NCBI RefSeq assembly: GCF_006345805.1
Contig: NC_043003.1
Coordinates: 992,001-1,056,000, forward strand
Direction: 5' to 3'
Length of the DNA stretch: 64,000 nt
Source: Octopus sinensis
Lineage: Eukaryota
The translations under genes and the position numbers were made by a program. The notes below the pieces were generated by a model. That model saw only the letters and a program-made list of their open reading frames with translations. It was not told where the DNA came from and made no database searches. This document shows, in pieces, positions 25,455-37,960 of the stretch (positions are counted from its first letter, which is position 1; each line of letters begins with the position of its first letter).

Positions 25455-26175
25455 CATCATCATCATCATTTAGCGTCCGTTTTCCATGCTAGCATGGGTT
25501 GGACGGTTCAACTGGGGTCTGTGAAGCCGGAAGGCCACGTCAGGCCCAGTCAGATCTGGCAGTGTTTCTACGGCTGGATGCCCTTCCTAATGCCAACCAC
25601 TCCGTGAGTGTAGTGGGTGCTTTTTACGTGCCACCCGCACAGGTGCCAGACGGAGCTGGCAAACGGCCACGAACGGATGATGTTTTTACATGCCACCGGC
25701 ATGGGGGCCAGGCGAGGCTGGCAACGGATACGAATGGATGGTGCTTTTACGTGCCACCGGCACGGGGGCCAGGCGAGACTGGCAGCAGACATGACGATCG
25801 GATGGTTCGCTTAACCACAGCTGCAACTTCCACTGATGTTGATCGGTCTCAATTTTGGTTCTGCTTTCTGATATCTGATTTGATTTGGTTTGATTTTCAT
25901 TCTGACTGTTCTCACTGGTCTTGCCGTGTCTTCTCACGCACAGCATACTTCCATAGGTCTCGGTCTCTAGTCATTTCCTTGGTGAGACCTAAAGTTCGAA
26001 CGTCGTGCTTCACCACCTTGTCCCAGGTTTTCCTGGGTCTACCTCTTCCACAGGTCCCATCAACTGCCAGGGTGTGGCACTTTTTCACACACCTATCTTC
26101 ATCCATTCTCACCACATGACCATACCAGCGCAATCGTCTCTCTTGCACACAACAACTGATGCTTCTTAGGTCCAA
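25455..26175 (-). mobile_element. RTE-clade LINE 3' end
   Basis: ERRLRWYGHVVRMDEDRCVKKC..GRGRPRKTW..DRDLWKYAVREKTRQ, then 3'UTR and (ATG)n tail. Confidence 0.85.
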
Positions 26176-26699
26176 CTTCAGTTTACAAAAAATTTCACTT
26201 GCTTATTAAATATATCTTTCAGTAATTTATCATAGTTGTAATACATCTCTAAACAAATTTCAGGGTAACCCAACTATATTTAGTATGTTAAAAATAGTAG
26301 CAACCACATAGTTATTGTTGTAAGACTCATAGTGTTCAAAACAGCCATACCAACAAAATCACTTTTTAATTTATTTATATTTTTTTTAATTATACCGGTA
26401 TATTAAAAAAATTTCATTTAACAAACTCTGGAAACTGATATTATTCTGGAAATTGTGCCTTGCAAAGTCATACAGCTATTTTGTCTAATAGCATTCATTC
26501 AATCAATAAATAATTTTTTTACATTACGTTTATAGAATAAACTGGGGGTTTTCTAAAGAGTGAATTAAAACTTGAATGAATATTAAATTATCAGTAATGA
26601 AAATGGAGGTGAAAGGTCATTTTGCCGAAAAGTGTCTCCTTTGTTGTCAATTGTTTGGATTCTCTTCTATGAAGGCTTCGTATGCCCGGGTGGTTAACA

Positions 26700-27290
26700 G
26701 CAGGCATAGCTGTGTGATAAGAAGCTTGCTTCTCAACCACATGGTGCCGGGTTCAGTTCTACTGCATGGCACATTGGGCAAGTGTCTTCTACTATAGCCT
26801 CAGGCCGACCATAGCTTTGTGACTGAATTTGGTCGATGGAAACTGAAAGAAATCTATTGTGTGTATATATATATATATAGTGTATATATATATACATGTA
26901 TATATATATATATATATAGTGTATATATATACATGTATATATATATATAGTGTATATATATACATGTATATATATATATAGTGTATATATATACATGTAT
27001 ATATATATATATAGTGTATATATATACATGTATATATATATATATAGTGTATATATATATGTGTGTGTGTGTATATATATATATATGTATGTATATATTT
27101 GTGTGTGTCTGTGTTTGTCCGACCTCCATTGCTTGACTACTGGTGTTGGTGTGTTTATATTCCCGTGACTTAATGGCTCGGTAGAAGCAACCGATAGAAT
27201 AAGTACCAGGCTTAAAAAATAAAAGGTCCTGGGGTCAATTCATTCAACTAATAATTCTTCAAGATGGTACCCCAGCATGGTTGCAGTCTA
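26700..27290 (+). mobile_element. tRNA-derived SINE, family 1, with expanded internal (TA)n
   Basis: gctgtgtgataagaagcttgc..gggttcagttct..ttgggcaagtgtcttctactatagc..tail ccagcatgg.tgcagtc. Confidence 0.7.
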
Positions 27291-27844
27291 AATATATTGT
27301 TTGCTCCAGGCAAGCCCTAACTGTGTAGACCCATGATCAGACATTGCATTTATGACTATCACAACTTTATCCAAACAATGTATACAGTGTACCTAGGACT
27401 ACATTGTCGAATGTGTCCTTCCACTTTCTCTCTGTGTGTGTGTATATATATATATAGAGAGAGAGAATAAGGTAAGAAAATAGAGAGTTGAGGATGTATA
27501 ATTAATTTATTTGTATCATAGTTTGAAGTTAAAATTTTAATACAAATAATTTTTTTTTTAAAGTACAGAAGAAATTCCATAAACCCCACACATGTTTCGA
27601 TTCTGGCCGCTTGGTAATGCATAATTTGAAGCATTTGGGTCAAATCCCATGTTAAGAATTGGTTATTTTAAATTGTATGGGGCAGAATCTTTTCAGGGTT
27701 TTCTTGTTTTTATGAAACAAAGGTTACATCTTTCTTGAAGGGATTCGAGTCAAAACCTAAGGAAGTTCAAAATGTTGTATATTGTTTGTATGTATTTGCA
27801 AAGGTTATAATTCAAGTAAGTAAAAATGAAGATATATATATATA

Positions 27845-28230
27845 GGCGCAAGAGTGGCTGTGTGGTAAGTAGTTTGCTAACCAATCACATGGTTCTGGGT
27901 TCAGTCCCACTGCATGGCACCTTGGGCAAGTGTCTTCTACTATAGCCCAGGGATGGCCAAAGCCATGTGAGTGGAATTGACAGACGGAAACTGAAAGAAG
28001 CTCATCATATATATATATATTTGTATATGTTTGTGCCTGTGTTTGTTCCTCATCACCATTGCTTGACAACCGATGCTGGTGTGTTTACGTCACCGCAACT
28101 TAGCGGTTCGGAAAAAGGGACTGATAGAATAAGTACTAGGCTTACAAAGAATAAGTCCTGGGGTCAGTTTGCTCAACTAAAGGCAATGCTCCAGCATGGC
28201 TGCAGTCAAATGACTGAAACAAATAAAAGA
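27845..28230 (+). mobile_element. tRNA-derived SINE, family 1, near full length
   Basis: ggcgcaagagtggctgtgtggtaag (A box) ..gggttcagtccc (B box) ..gcagtcaaatgactgaaacaaataaaag tail. Confidence 0.8.
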
Positions 28231-28956
28231 ATATATATGCGCAAGAGTGGCCACGTGGTAAGAAGTTTGTTTCTCAACCAGAGTTGCATCTATGACTATC
28301 ACAACTTCTTCTTCCGGACAGTGTTTCCAGGACTACATTCTCCAGTGTGTCCTTCCTTTTATTTGAGGGCAATTGCACTATTTCCAGCTGGTCGAACGTT
28401 TCCTGTTCATTTCTTTTCTAGTTCTTGGACATAGAATTGGTGGCAGTGAGCTGGACAGAATCCTTACCACCATCATCATCATCATCGCCATCATTTAACG
28501 CCCGTTTTCCATGCTGGCATGGGTTAGACAGTTCGTCTGGGGCCTGAGAAGCCAGGAGGCTACACCAGGCTCCAATCTGATCTGGCAATGTTTCTACAGC
28601 TGGATGCCCTTCCTAACGCCAACCACTCTGTGAGTGTAGTGGGTGCTTTATATGTGCCATCAGAGCACAGGAGCCTGATGGGGCGAAGGGGCTGGCATCA
28701 ACCACATTTGGATGGGGCTTTACAGCTGATGAAGGGGAATTTTCCTTGTATTGTTTGTCTTGTACTCTGTTTTTTCGGTGTTAAAAAAAGTCCGTTTCCA
28801 TGTATGTTTTTACGTTTTCGTTTCTCGTTGAGTTCTACGTCTATTTGTGGTGTCCTGTACTCACGTTTATATATTTATATATGCATGTATATATACATGT
28901 AGATGTAGGTACGTACATATATGTATGTATGTATGCATATATTTTATTTATTAATT

Positions 28957-28959
<3 letters not shown>

Positions 28960-29005
<46 letters not shown>

Positions 29006-29383
29006 TATATATATATATATATATGTGTATATATATGTATATATATGTATATATGTATGTATATATATATGTGTATATATATATGTATATATAGTATATA
29101 TATGTATATATGTATGTATATATATATATGTATATATATATATGTATATGTATATATATAGTATATATGTATATAATATGTATATATATATATGTATATA
29201 TGTATATATATATGTATATATGTATATATATATATGTATATATGTATATATATATGTGTATATATATATATGTATATTATATATGTATATATGTATATAT
29301 ATATGTGTATATATATATGTATATATATGTGTATATATATATGTGTATATATATGTATATATATGTGTGTATATATATATGTG

Positions 29384-29423
<40 letters not shown>

Positions 29424-29493
29424 TGTATATATATATATATGTGTATATATATATATGTGTATATATATATATATGTATATATATATATGTATA
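28960..29493. repeat. Long (TA)n/(TATG) microsatellite
   Basis: Direct reading; similar tracts at about 24050-24300, 33510-33840, 42845-43235, 62645-62890 and 63275-63505. Confidence 0.95.
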
Positions 29494-29590
29494 TATAAAA
29501 TATTATTAGAGACAAAACCACTATTTTGCAAAACAAACAAGGAAAGACTTAATCAATACATAAGATTTTAATAAATAGTCAAAAAAACCG

Positions 29591-29633
29591 CCACTACAAT
29601 CGTTTCTTGTCTTGATCGACAATCTTCAGGTGG
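29591..29633 (-). ncRNA. Minimal type-I hammerhead ribozyme motif (left arm)
   Basis: Exact reverse complement of 29791-29833. Confidence 0.75.
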
Positions 29634-29790
29634 ACTTCCAATAAGTCAGTTTCAAATTATGTATATATGTATATATATATGTATATATGTATATATATAT
29701 GTATATATGTATATATATATGTATATATGTATATATATATGTATATATATATATTATGACTTCATAATTTGAAACTGACTTATTGGAAGT

Positions 29791-29833
29791 CCACCTGAAG
29801 ATTGTCGATCAAGACAAGAAACGATTGTAGTGG
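29791..29833 (+). ncRNA. Minimal type-I hammerhead ribozyme motif (right arm)
   Basis: CCAC-CUGAAGA-UUGUC(GAUCAA)GACAA-GAAA-C(GAUU)GUA/GUGG; full consensus core and all three stems pair. Confidence 0.75.
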
Positions 29834-30136
29834 CGGTTTTTTTGACTATTTATTAAAATCTTATGTATTGATTAAGTCTTTCCTTGTTTGTTTTGCAAAA
29901 TAGTGGTTTTGTCTCTAATAATATTTTATAATATTTTACTATAAAATTGGATTTAATCCTAAATCTGATTTTTTTCCCTGTAAATTTGGATTTATTCCCT
30001 AATATTTATTATATGTATATATATATATGTATATATATATATGTATATATATATATATGTATATATATATGTGTATATATATATACATATATATATATAT
30101 ATACATGTATATATATGTATATGTATATATATATAT

Positions 30137-31030
30137 GGGCCGTGACTGCTGAGGACATGCGTAAGCTCGCGAGGAATGAAGCCAGTATGCTCCGATGGAT
30201 GTGTAATGTCAGTGTGCATACTCGACAGAGCGTTAGTACCTTGAGAGAAATGTTGGACCTAAGAACCATCAGTTGTGGTGTGAAAGAGAGACGATTGCGC
30301 TGGTATGGTCATGTAGCGAGAATGGATGAAGATAGGTGTGTGAAAAAGTGCCAATCCCTAGCAGTTGAGGGAACCCGTGGAAGAGGTAGACCTAGGAAAA
30401 CCTGGGACGAGGTCGTGAAGCATGACCTTCGAACTTTAGGCCTCACTGAGGAAATGACCAGCGACCGAGACCTTTGGAAATATGCTGTACGTGAGAAGAC
30501 CAGGCAGGACAAGTGAGTCCAGCCCACTTATGCATGCCTTTCCTCCCTCGGACACACAAAGACCTATTGAGGCAAGTGAAGTCGATATCGAACCTCATCC
30601 GACGACAGGCACCCATGCCAACCCCCTTTGCTTGCGAAGACATGTTGGGGCAAGCGAAATCGAAATTGAACCAATCCTATGACTGGCACCCGGCAGATGC
30701 CAGGACCCCTGGACTGGTGGTACGTAAAATGCACTATCCGAATCGTGGCCGATGCCAGCGCCGCCTTGACTGGCTTCCGTGCCAGTGGCACATAAATTGC
30801 ACCAATCCGACCGTGGCCGTTGCCAGCCTCGCCTGGCACCTGCGCGGGTGGCACGTAAAAAGCACCCACTACACTCACGGAGTGGTTGGCGTTAGGAAGG
30901 GCATCCAGCTGTAGAAACATTGCCAGATAAGACTGGAGCCTGGTGCAGCCTTCTGGCTTCCCAGATCCCCGGTCAAACCGTCCAACCCATGCTAGCATGG
31001 AGAACGGACGTTAAACGATGATGATGATGA
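30137..31030 (+). mobile_element. RTE-clade LINE 3' end
   Basis: [45 protein letters not shown], 3'UTR, (ATG)n tail. Confidence 0.85.
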
Positions 31031-31052
31031 TATATATATGTATATGTATATG

Positions 31053-31085
<33 letters not shown>

Positions 31086-31136
31086 GTGTGTGTATATATA
31101 TATATGTATATATATGTGTGTATATATTTGTATATA

Positions 31137-31174
<38 letters not shown>

Positions 31175-31314
31175 CGTATATATATCACGTGATCACGTGA
31201 CTGACCAGACCATCAGATGTTGTTACACATCGCTGGTCACAATGCGTTCACATTGTTTTAGCCTTCGAATGACGCCACCCCACTGGCTAAGCGAGCAGGC
31301 CAATGTATATATAT

Positions 31315-32050
31315 ATCATCGTCATCATCATCATCATCATTTAGCGTCCGCTTTCCATGCTAGCATGGGTTGGATGGTTCAACTGGGGTCTGTGAAGCCA
31401 GAAGGCTGCATCAGGCCCAGTCTGATCTGGCAGTGTTTCTACGGCTGGATGCCCTTCCTAACGCCAACCACTCCGTGAGTGTAGTGGGTGCTTTTTACGT
31501 GCCACCCGCACAGGTGCCAGACGGAGCTGGCAAACGGCCACGGATGGATGGTGCTTTTTACGTGCCACATGTACGGGGGCCAGGCGAGGCTGGCAACGGC
31601 CACGATCGGATGGTGCTTTTTATGTGCCGCCGGCATGGAGGCTAGTCGGGGCGGTGCTGGCAATGGCCACGATCGGATGGTTTGCTTACTTGTCACCGGC
31701 ACTGGTATCACAGCTGCAATTTCCATTGATGTTGATCGACTTCGATTTTGGTTCTGCTTTCTGATATCTGATTTGATTTGGTTTGATTTTGATTTTGATT
31801 TTGACTGTTCTCACTGGTCTTGCCGGGTCTTCTCACGCACAGCATACTTCCATAGGTCTCGGTCTCTAGTCATTTCCTTGGTGAGACCTAAAGTTCGAAG
31901 GTCGTGCTTCACCACCTCATCCCAGGTTTTCCTGAGTTTACATCTTCCACAGGTTCCCTCAACTGCTAGGGTGTGGCACATTTGCACACAACTATCTTCA
32001 GTCATTCTCATCACATGACCATACCAGCGCAAACGTCTCTTTTGCACAAC
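31315..32050 (-). mobile_element. RTE-clade LINE 3' end, tail-to-tail with the 30137 copy
   Basis: QKRRLRWYGHVMRM..KTWDEVVKHDLRTLGL; 3'UTR nearly identical to the 25455 copy. Confidence 0.85.
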
Positions 32051-32219
32051 TGGAACCCTCGTCATCGTAACCGACGGAGTGCGACTGTTTGTGTTCGCAC
32101 CCATCCCCACCACCAGCATACTTTATGAACGATGCTGGTTTGTTTATGTCCTCTTAAATTAGCAGTTCAGCGAAGGAGGTCAAGTCATTTTACTAAACCC
32201 TTCAAGGGTGTTGCTCCAG

Positions 32220-32660
32220 CATGGCTGCTGTCCAATGAGTGAAACTAAATAAAAGATATATTTGGTGATGCTTTTATTTTTCTCTTTCTTCTTTTCATTT
32301 GTTTCAGCCATTTGACTGTGGCCATGCTGGAGCACCACCTTTAGTCGATCAAATCGACCACCAGGACTTATTCTTTCTAAGCCTAGTACTTATTCTATCA
32401 GTCTCTTTTGCTGAAACGCTAAGTTACGGGGATGCAAACACACCGACATCGATTGTCAAGTGATGTATGGGTGACAAACATACACACACACATATGTATA
32501 TATATATATACGACAGGCTTCTTTCAGTTTCCATCTACCAAATCCACTCACAAGGCATTGGTTGGCCCAAGGCTGTAGTAGAAGACACTTGCCCAAGGTG
32601 CCACTCAGTAGGACTGAACCTGGAACCATGTGGTTGGTAAGCAAGCTACTTACCACACAG
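32220..32660 (-). mobile_element. tRNA-derived SINE, family 1
   Basis: Reverse complement of the family 1 head and tail. Confidence 0.75.
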
Positions 32661-33517
32661 CCACATTATAATTGTTCTCCTGTCTCTGGTCTGTGATTTT
32701 ATTCAGCTTCACGGCAGCAGCATCATTCCTACATTCCTACCTCTTTCCCAGTCTTCAATCTATTCATAGATGCTGAGCTATTAAAAATGGCCACACACAC
32801 ATTACAGGCAAGAAGCACTGAATTTTTAACATATTTATGTACGGTAGAAATAGTTTTCTTGCTATTGTCTAGCAATTTCATTCGCTCTGTGATATTTCCA
32901 TTCACAATAGTTCCTTTGTGGTCAGTTTATAGAATAAAAATTTCCATTTTTGTCATGGCTTCCAAACTTTCACACAATTCCTCACAACAACTTCACAATG
33001 CTTTGCAGCCATTCTCCATATTTCACTCGTTTATCAAACATTGATATTTATCTGCACATTGATATGTTCTTTTATTCTTTTATTGGACTGTGGCCATGCT
33101 GGAGCACTGCCTTTAGTCAAACAATCGACCCCCAGGACTTAGTTTTGTAAGCCAAGTACTTATTCTATTGGTCCCTTTTGCCGAACTGCTAAGTTACATA
33201 AAGAGACCAACATTGGATGTCAAGTGATGGTGGTGGGGACAAACACATAAATACAAACATCTACATATACAGATCATCATCATCATCATCATCATCGTTT
33301 AACGTCCGTTTTCCATGCTAGCATGGGTTGGACGGTTCGACCCAGGAGGCTGCACCAGGCTCCAGTCTCATCTAACACCAACCACTCCATTAGTGTAGTG
33401 GGTGCTTTTTACGTGCCAGTGGCACAGATGCCAGTCAAGGCGGCAATGGCATTGGCCACGTTCGGATGATGTTTTTTACATGCCACCAGCATGGGTATCA
33501 CAACTACAATTTCCATT

Positions 33518-33574
<57 letters not shown>

Positions 33575-33586
33575 TATATATGCATA

Positions 33587-33632
<46 letters not shown>

Positions 33633-33650
33633 TATATATGTATATATATA

Positions 33651-33692
<42 letters not shown>

Positions 33693-33713
33693 TATATATG
33701 TATATATATATGT

Positions 33714-33774
<61 letters not shown>

Positions 33775-34110
33775 TCATCATCGTCGTTTAACGTCCATTA
33801 TATATATATATATATGTGTGTGTATATATATATATATATATTTAAATAATGAGGGAGATAAATTAATATTAATTTTAATATCAATTTAAAACCAGTAGTC
33901 TAGCATACAAAAAATCTGAGAAATCAGAGAAAATTCTAATATATGTGTATATTGGCAGGGCAAGACTGCTAGGTAGTCGGCCGTATGCTAGAAATAGATC
34001 ATCAACGATCAAACTACAAGGAAATTTCTCTTGAGGAAAAATTCAGCAAACACCAGAACCAAATTTGGCAGGCAGGACAGATGAAAATTTATATAAAAAA
34101 CAGAATTAAC

Positions 34111-34183
34111 TGCATACCTCGGTTTCGGCCTTTAACAAAAGAATTACTTACATAATTCAAATGTCCGTGGCTTCATCAGTGCA
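34111..34183 (-). ncRNA. Type-I hammerhead motif with extended stem II (left arm)
   Basis: Reverse complement of 34586-34658. Confidence 0.55.
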
Positions 34184-34585
34184 ATCGTTTAGTGTAAATG
34201 CAATTTGAAAAAACTAACCCCAGCTTTCTGTGCCAAAACAGACACGTGTTTAGTTTTACCGATTACATTAGGTATAAAATTTCAAATGTCTTAGTTCCGG
34301 CGCGCTAAAGAATTCCTGAAGCGAAGAACTGCAGTAAATAATTCTAAAATTAATATTAATTTATCTCCCTCATTATTTAAATATTGAAATAAATACATTC
34401 TCTAGTAGCAAGCACTAACTGCAGTGAATTATTTACTGCAGTTCTTCGCTTCAGGAATTCTTTAGCGCGCCGGAACTAAGACATTTGAAATTTTATACCT
34501 AATGTAATCGGTAAAACTAAACACGTGTCTGTTTTGGCACAGAAAACTGGGGTTAGTTTTGCGGATTGCATTTACACTGAACGAT

Positions 34586-34658
34586 TGCACTGATGAAGCC
34601 ACGGACATTTGAATTATGTAAGTAATTCTTTTGTTAAAGGCCGAAACCGAGGTATGCA
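34586..34658 (+). ncRNA. Type-I hammerhead motif with extended stem II (right arm)
   Basis: UGCA-CUGAUGA-AGCC..GACA..GAAUUA(UGUAAG)UAAUUC..UGUU..GGCC-GAAA-C(CGAG)GUA/UGCA; A-C mismatch at the base of stem II. Confidence 0.55.
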
Positions 34659-35885
34659 GTTAATTCTGTTTTTTATATAAATTTTCATCTGTCCTGCCTG
34701 CCAAATTTGGTTCTGGTGTTTGCTAAATTTTTCCTCAAGAGAACTTTCCTTGTAGTTTGATCGTTGATGATCTATTTCTAGCATACGGCCGACTATATAT
34801 ATATATATACATATACGTACATGTATATACAACGGGCTTCTTTCAGTTTCCATCAACCAAATCCACTCACAAAGCTTTGGTCAGTGTGAGACTATAGTAG
34901 AAGGTACTTGCCCAAGATGCCATGCAGTGGAACTGAACCTGGAACAACTCCGCAGCTTTGTAGTAGTTAGCTGCAATTTTCATCTTTTACTTGTTTCAGT
35001 CATTGGACTGTGGCCATGCTGGGGCACCACCTTGGAAGGTTAGTTTAACAAATCGACTCCAGTATTTTATCAAGTCTGTTATTTATTCTATCAGTCGTTT
35101 TCGATGAACTGCTAGGTTACAGGGATGTGAACTAGCTGACACCGGTTCGCAAGAGGTAGCAGGGAACAAACACCAAGACACACACATGCATACATATATA
35201 TATATGCACATATATTTGGCGTTAGGAAGGGCATCCAGCCGTAGAAACACTGCCAAATCTGACTGGGCCTGATGAAGCCTTCCGGCTTCACAGACCCCAG
35301 TTAAACCGTCCAACCCATGCTAGCATGGAAAACGGACGCTAAATGATGATGATGATGATGATATATGGCAAATGAAAGACGGAAGATGGAATATATGAGA
35401 ATTTATTGTTAATGACGACAGTTGTTTCGACACACCTAGCATCGATTCCTCTAGGGTGGGATGTATCTCGTCGGGTGATAAATAATTACAACTTGTTAAA
35501 ATGATTGTTCTGCAATGTAACTTTCCGTTTTGTAGAGAGAAAAGCAGCCGAACGGAGGAAATACCTTCATTTATATACAAGATCAAAAATAAAATCAAAG
35601 ATGGCAAAGAAAAGAGAAAAGAACAGACAATACAGTGAGAAAAGTATTAAAAATACATAACGAACACTGTGAAAGTGACCATGCTTTACCAGTTGGCTTC
35701 CAGGTGTAAACCATTCACTTTATTATCCACTGCACACACACACATACATATAGTCAAAATAATAAAACAAAGAAATCCTTTAACATCTTTAATGATTCAG
35801 TTCTATATTTAAGAAACAAGGAATTATGTACCTTATTTACATTATTTACATTCAACGGATACTTGTCCTCATCTTGTTTGTTGTT

Positions 35886-35931
35886 AACACAACATATCGG
35901 CTGATATACCCTCCAGCCTTCATCAGGTGTC
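35886..35931 (-). ncRNA. Degenerate minimal hammerhead motif (GAAA mutated to GAUA)
   Basis: GACAC-CUGAUGA-A-GGCUG(GAGGGUAUAU)CAGCC-GAUA(UG)UU/GUGUU. Confidence 0.45.
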
Positions 35932-36051
35932 TTGGGGAAATTTCGAACCTGGGTTCTCATTCCTAAGGTATTTTTCAATGTTATCATTATTTATATAGAG
36001 TTCAATTCCAGGCAGTGACCTGAATACTACTACTACTAATAATAATAATAA

Positions 36052-36387
36052 CTAGCACTATGACCCAGCGTATACAGCTGCGTGCATGTGGACATACATG
36101 CGAGTACTGTCCAAATCTCCGACCAATCACATACAGCTAGCTGGCATTTCATTGGTGTATCAAGTTTCGGGCATTTTGATTGGGTTTTGGATAGAAAATT
36201 CACAAAAAAGTCACTTCTATTGATTTTTTAATGGCTTTGCAGGGCGACTGGGGAAATGTAAAGATGTGCACGACCACCCTTGGATGGTTTTGAATGACCA
36301 TAGAAAGTGCGAGCCCTCTAACTGAAAAATTGTGGATTTGTATAAAGGACACACACACAGACATTTTGCCATTTACATATATAGAGA
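36052..36387 (-). mobile_element. Non-autonomous Helitron
   Basis: On the - strand: A|TC start (TCTCTATATATGTAAATGGCAAAATGTCTGTGTGTG), subterminal hairpin cagc-N7-gctg, and CTAG|T end. Confidence 0.6.
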
Positions 36388-36468
36388 TAATAATGATAAT
36401 GATATTAACAACAACAACAACAACGAAAAATACCATAGGAATGAGAACCCAGGTTCGAAATTTCCCCA

Positions 36469-36514
36469 AACACTTGATGAAGGCTGGAGGGTATATCAGC
36501 CGAAACATTGTGTT
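36469..36514 (+). ncRNA. Degenerate minimal hammerhead motif (C3 mutated to U)
   Basis: AACAC-UUGAUGA-A-GGCUG(GAGGGUAUAU)CAGCC-GAAA(CA)UU/GUGUU. Confidence 0.45.
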
Positions 36515-37429
36515 AACAACAAACAAGATGAGGACAAATATCCGTCAAATGTAAATCTTTAATGATTTGTTACAGTTGTTTCCATAGCAACTCTGTTTGC
36601 AATGCCAGTTTATGCAATATTCACAGTGAAAATTTGCATAATATTTGCAGTTTTAGACATGCGAGTGACACTTCATCAGATCTGCATTAAAGGGGGTCTC
36701 TTATGTTGTACTCATTGCAAACATTGTTTTTTTTTTCTTCTTTTTGCTTGTATCAGGAGAAAGTATGGTTAGAAGATAAATACTTGGTATGGAGAGCATG
36801 CAAGGAGAAAGATGAAGAAGCATACCCCCCCCCCCCCCCACAAAGGTTTGCCATCCATTTTCTCTGGTAGGAGGTAACAGACCTCAGGAATCTCCTCCAC
36901 ACGGTCCTATCAGAATCACTTGTCATTACTCTTTGCAGCTGGATTCCCAAGCCTGACCGAGACAATGGAGATTATCCGTCTTGTTTCTTGGTCAACTCCT
37001 TGATTTGGCTTCAACAATCTGTCTTGCAACATTGTCGTCACATGTCCATAGTACCAGAGCTGCAACTTCTTAATGCAGAGAAGTCTTTGAAATGCATTCT
37101 GCATCTTGGTGGAATGTTACTGAGGCAAGTGGAGAAAGTGTCTGGAGGCCCTCTTCAAGAACTACATCGGCAGCAGCCAAGAGCTTTGCAACACTCGAAT
37201 CATAAGTCCATTCCTTTTATGTTCCATCATACCTGTGACTGGGATGATCATACTTCAAATCTATTAATGAGAATTGACCAGAGGGCAAGTTTGGTGCCAG
37301 CACTCATGGCAATTCCATCTCTGGTAGTGTATATGTAGAGTAACCAAGTGTTTCTTAAGACATTGATGATCTCAGGGAATTTCATTTCTAGTTGAAGATC
37401 AAATATATATATATATATCTCATCATAAT

Positions 37430-37960
37430 CGTTTAACATCCGTTTTCTATGCTTGGGTTTGATGGTTCAACAGGGGTCTGGGATGCCAGGAGGCTGTACC
37501 AGGCTCCAGTCTGATCTGGCAGAGTTTCTACAGCTGGATTCCCTTCCTAATGCCAACAACCCTGTGAGTGTAGTGGGTGCTTTTTACGTGCCACCGGCAC
37601 AAGGGCCAGAGGAGGCTGGCAACAGCCGTGATTGATTGGTACTTTTCACATGCCACCAGCACGGATGCCAGTCAAGGCGGCGCTGGCATCGGCCACGTTC
37701 GGATGGTGCTTTTTATGTGCCACCAGCACAGGTATCACAACTACAATTTTCATTTGATTTTTATTTTGATGTTGATGTACTTGACTCAATAGGTCTCCTC
37801 AAGCACAGCAGGTCACCCTACGATCCAAGGTTAGCACAGCAGGCCGTCCTTCAAGGCATGAACTCACTTCATTTGTTGGCTCTTCACAGTCACAGCATAT
37901 CTCCAGAGGTCTCAGTCTTTCGTCATTGCCTCTGTGAGGCCCAACGTTCAAAGGTCATAC
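37430..37960 (-). mobile_element. RTE LINE 3'UTR fragment
   Basis: Same 3'UTR motifs and ggtgctttttacgtgccacc subrepeats as the other copies. Confidence 0.7.

Larger units (their letters stand above)
29494..29930. mobile_element. Fold-back element: about 168-bp apparently perfect inverted arms (29494-29661 / 29763-29930) around a TA-microsatellite spacer
   Basis: Arms compared by eye with no mismatch found. Confidence 0.85.
33974..34795. mobile_element. Fold-back element: about 370-bp inverted arms (33974-34344 / 34426-34795), 81-bp spacer
   Basis: tagtcggccgtatgctagaaatagatc... mirrored by ...gatctatttctagcatacggccgacta, with a handful of mismatches. Confidence 0.85.

Noticed and set aside
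28841-29571. Long Y/I/C/M/V-rich ORFs (also near 24.0, 26.9, 33.5, 42.8, 62.5 and 63.2 kb)
   Set aside because: Translations of (TA)n/(TATG)n/(CA)n microsatellites, not genes.
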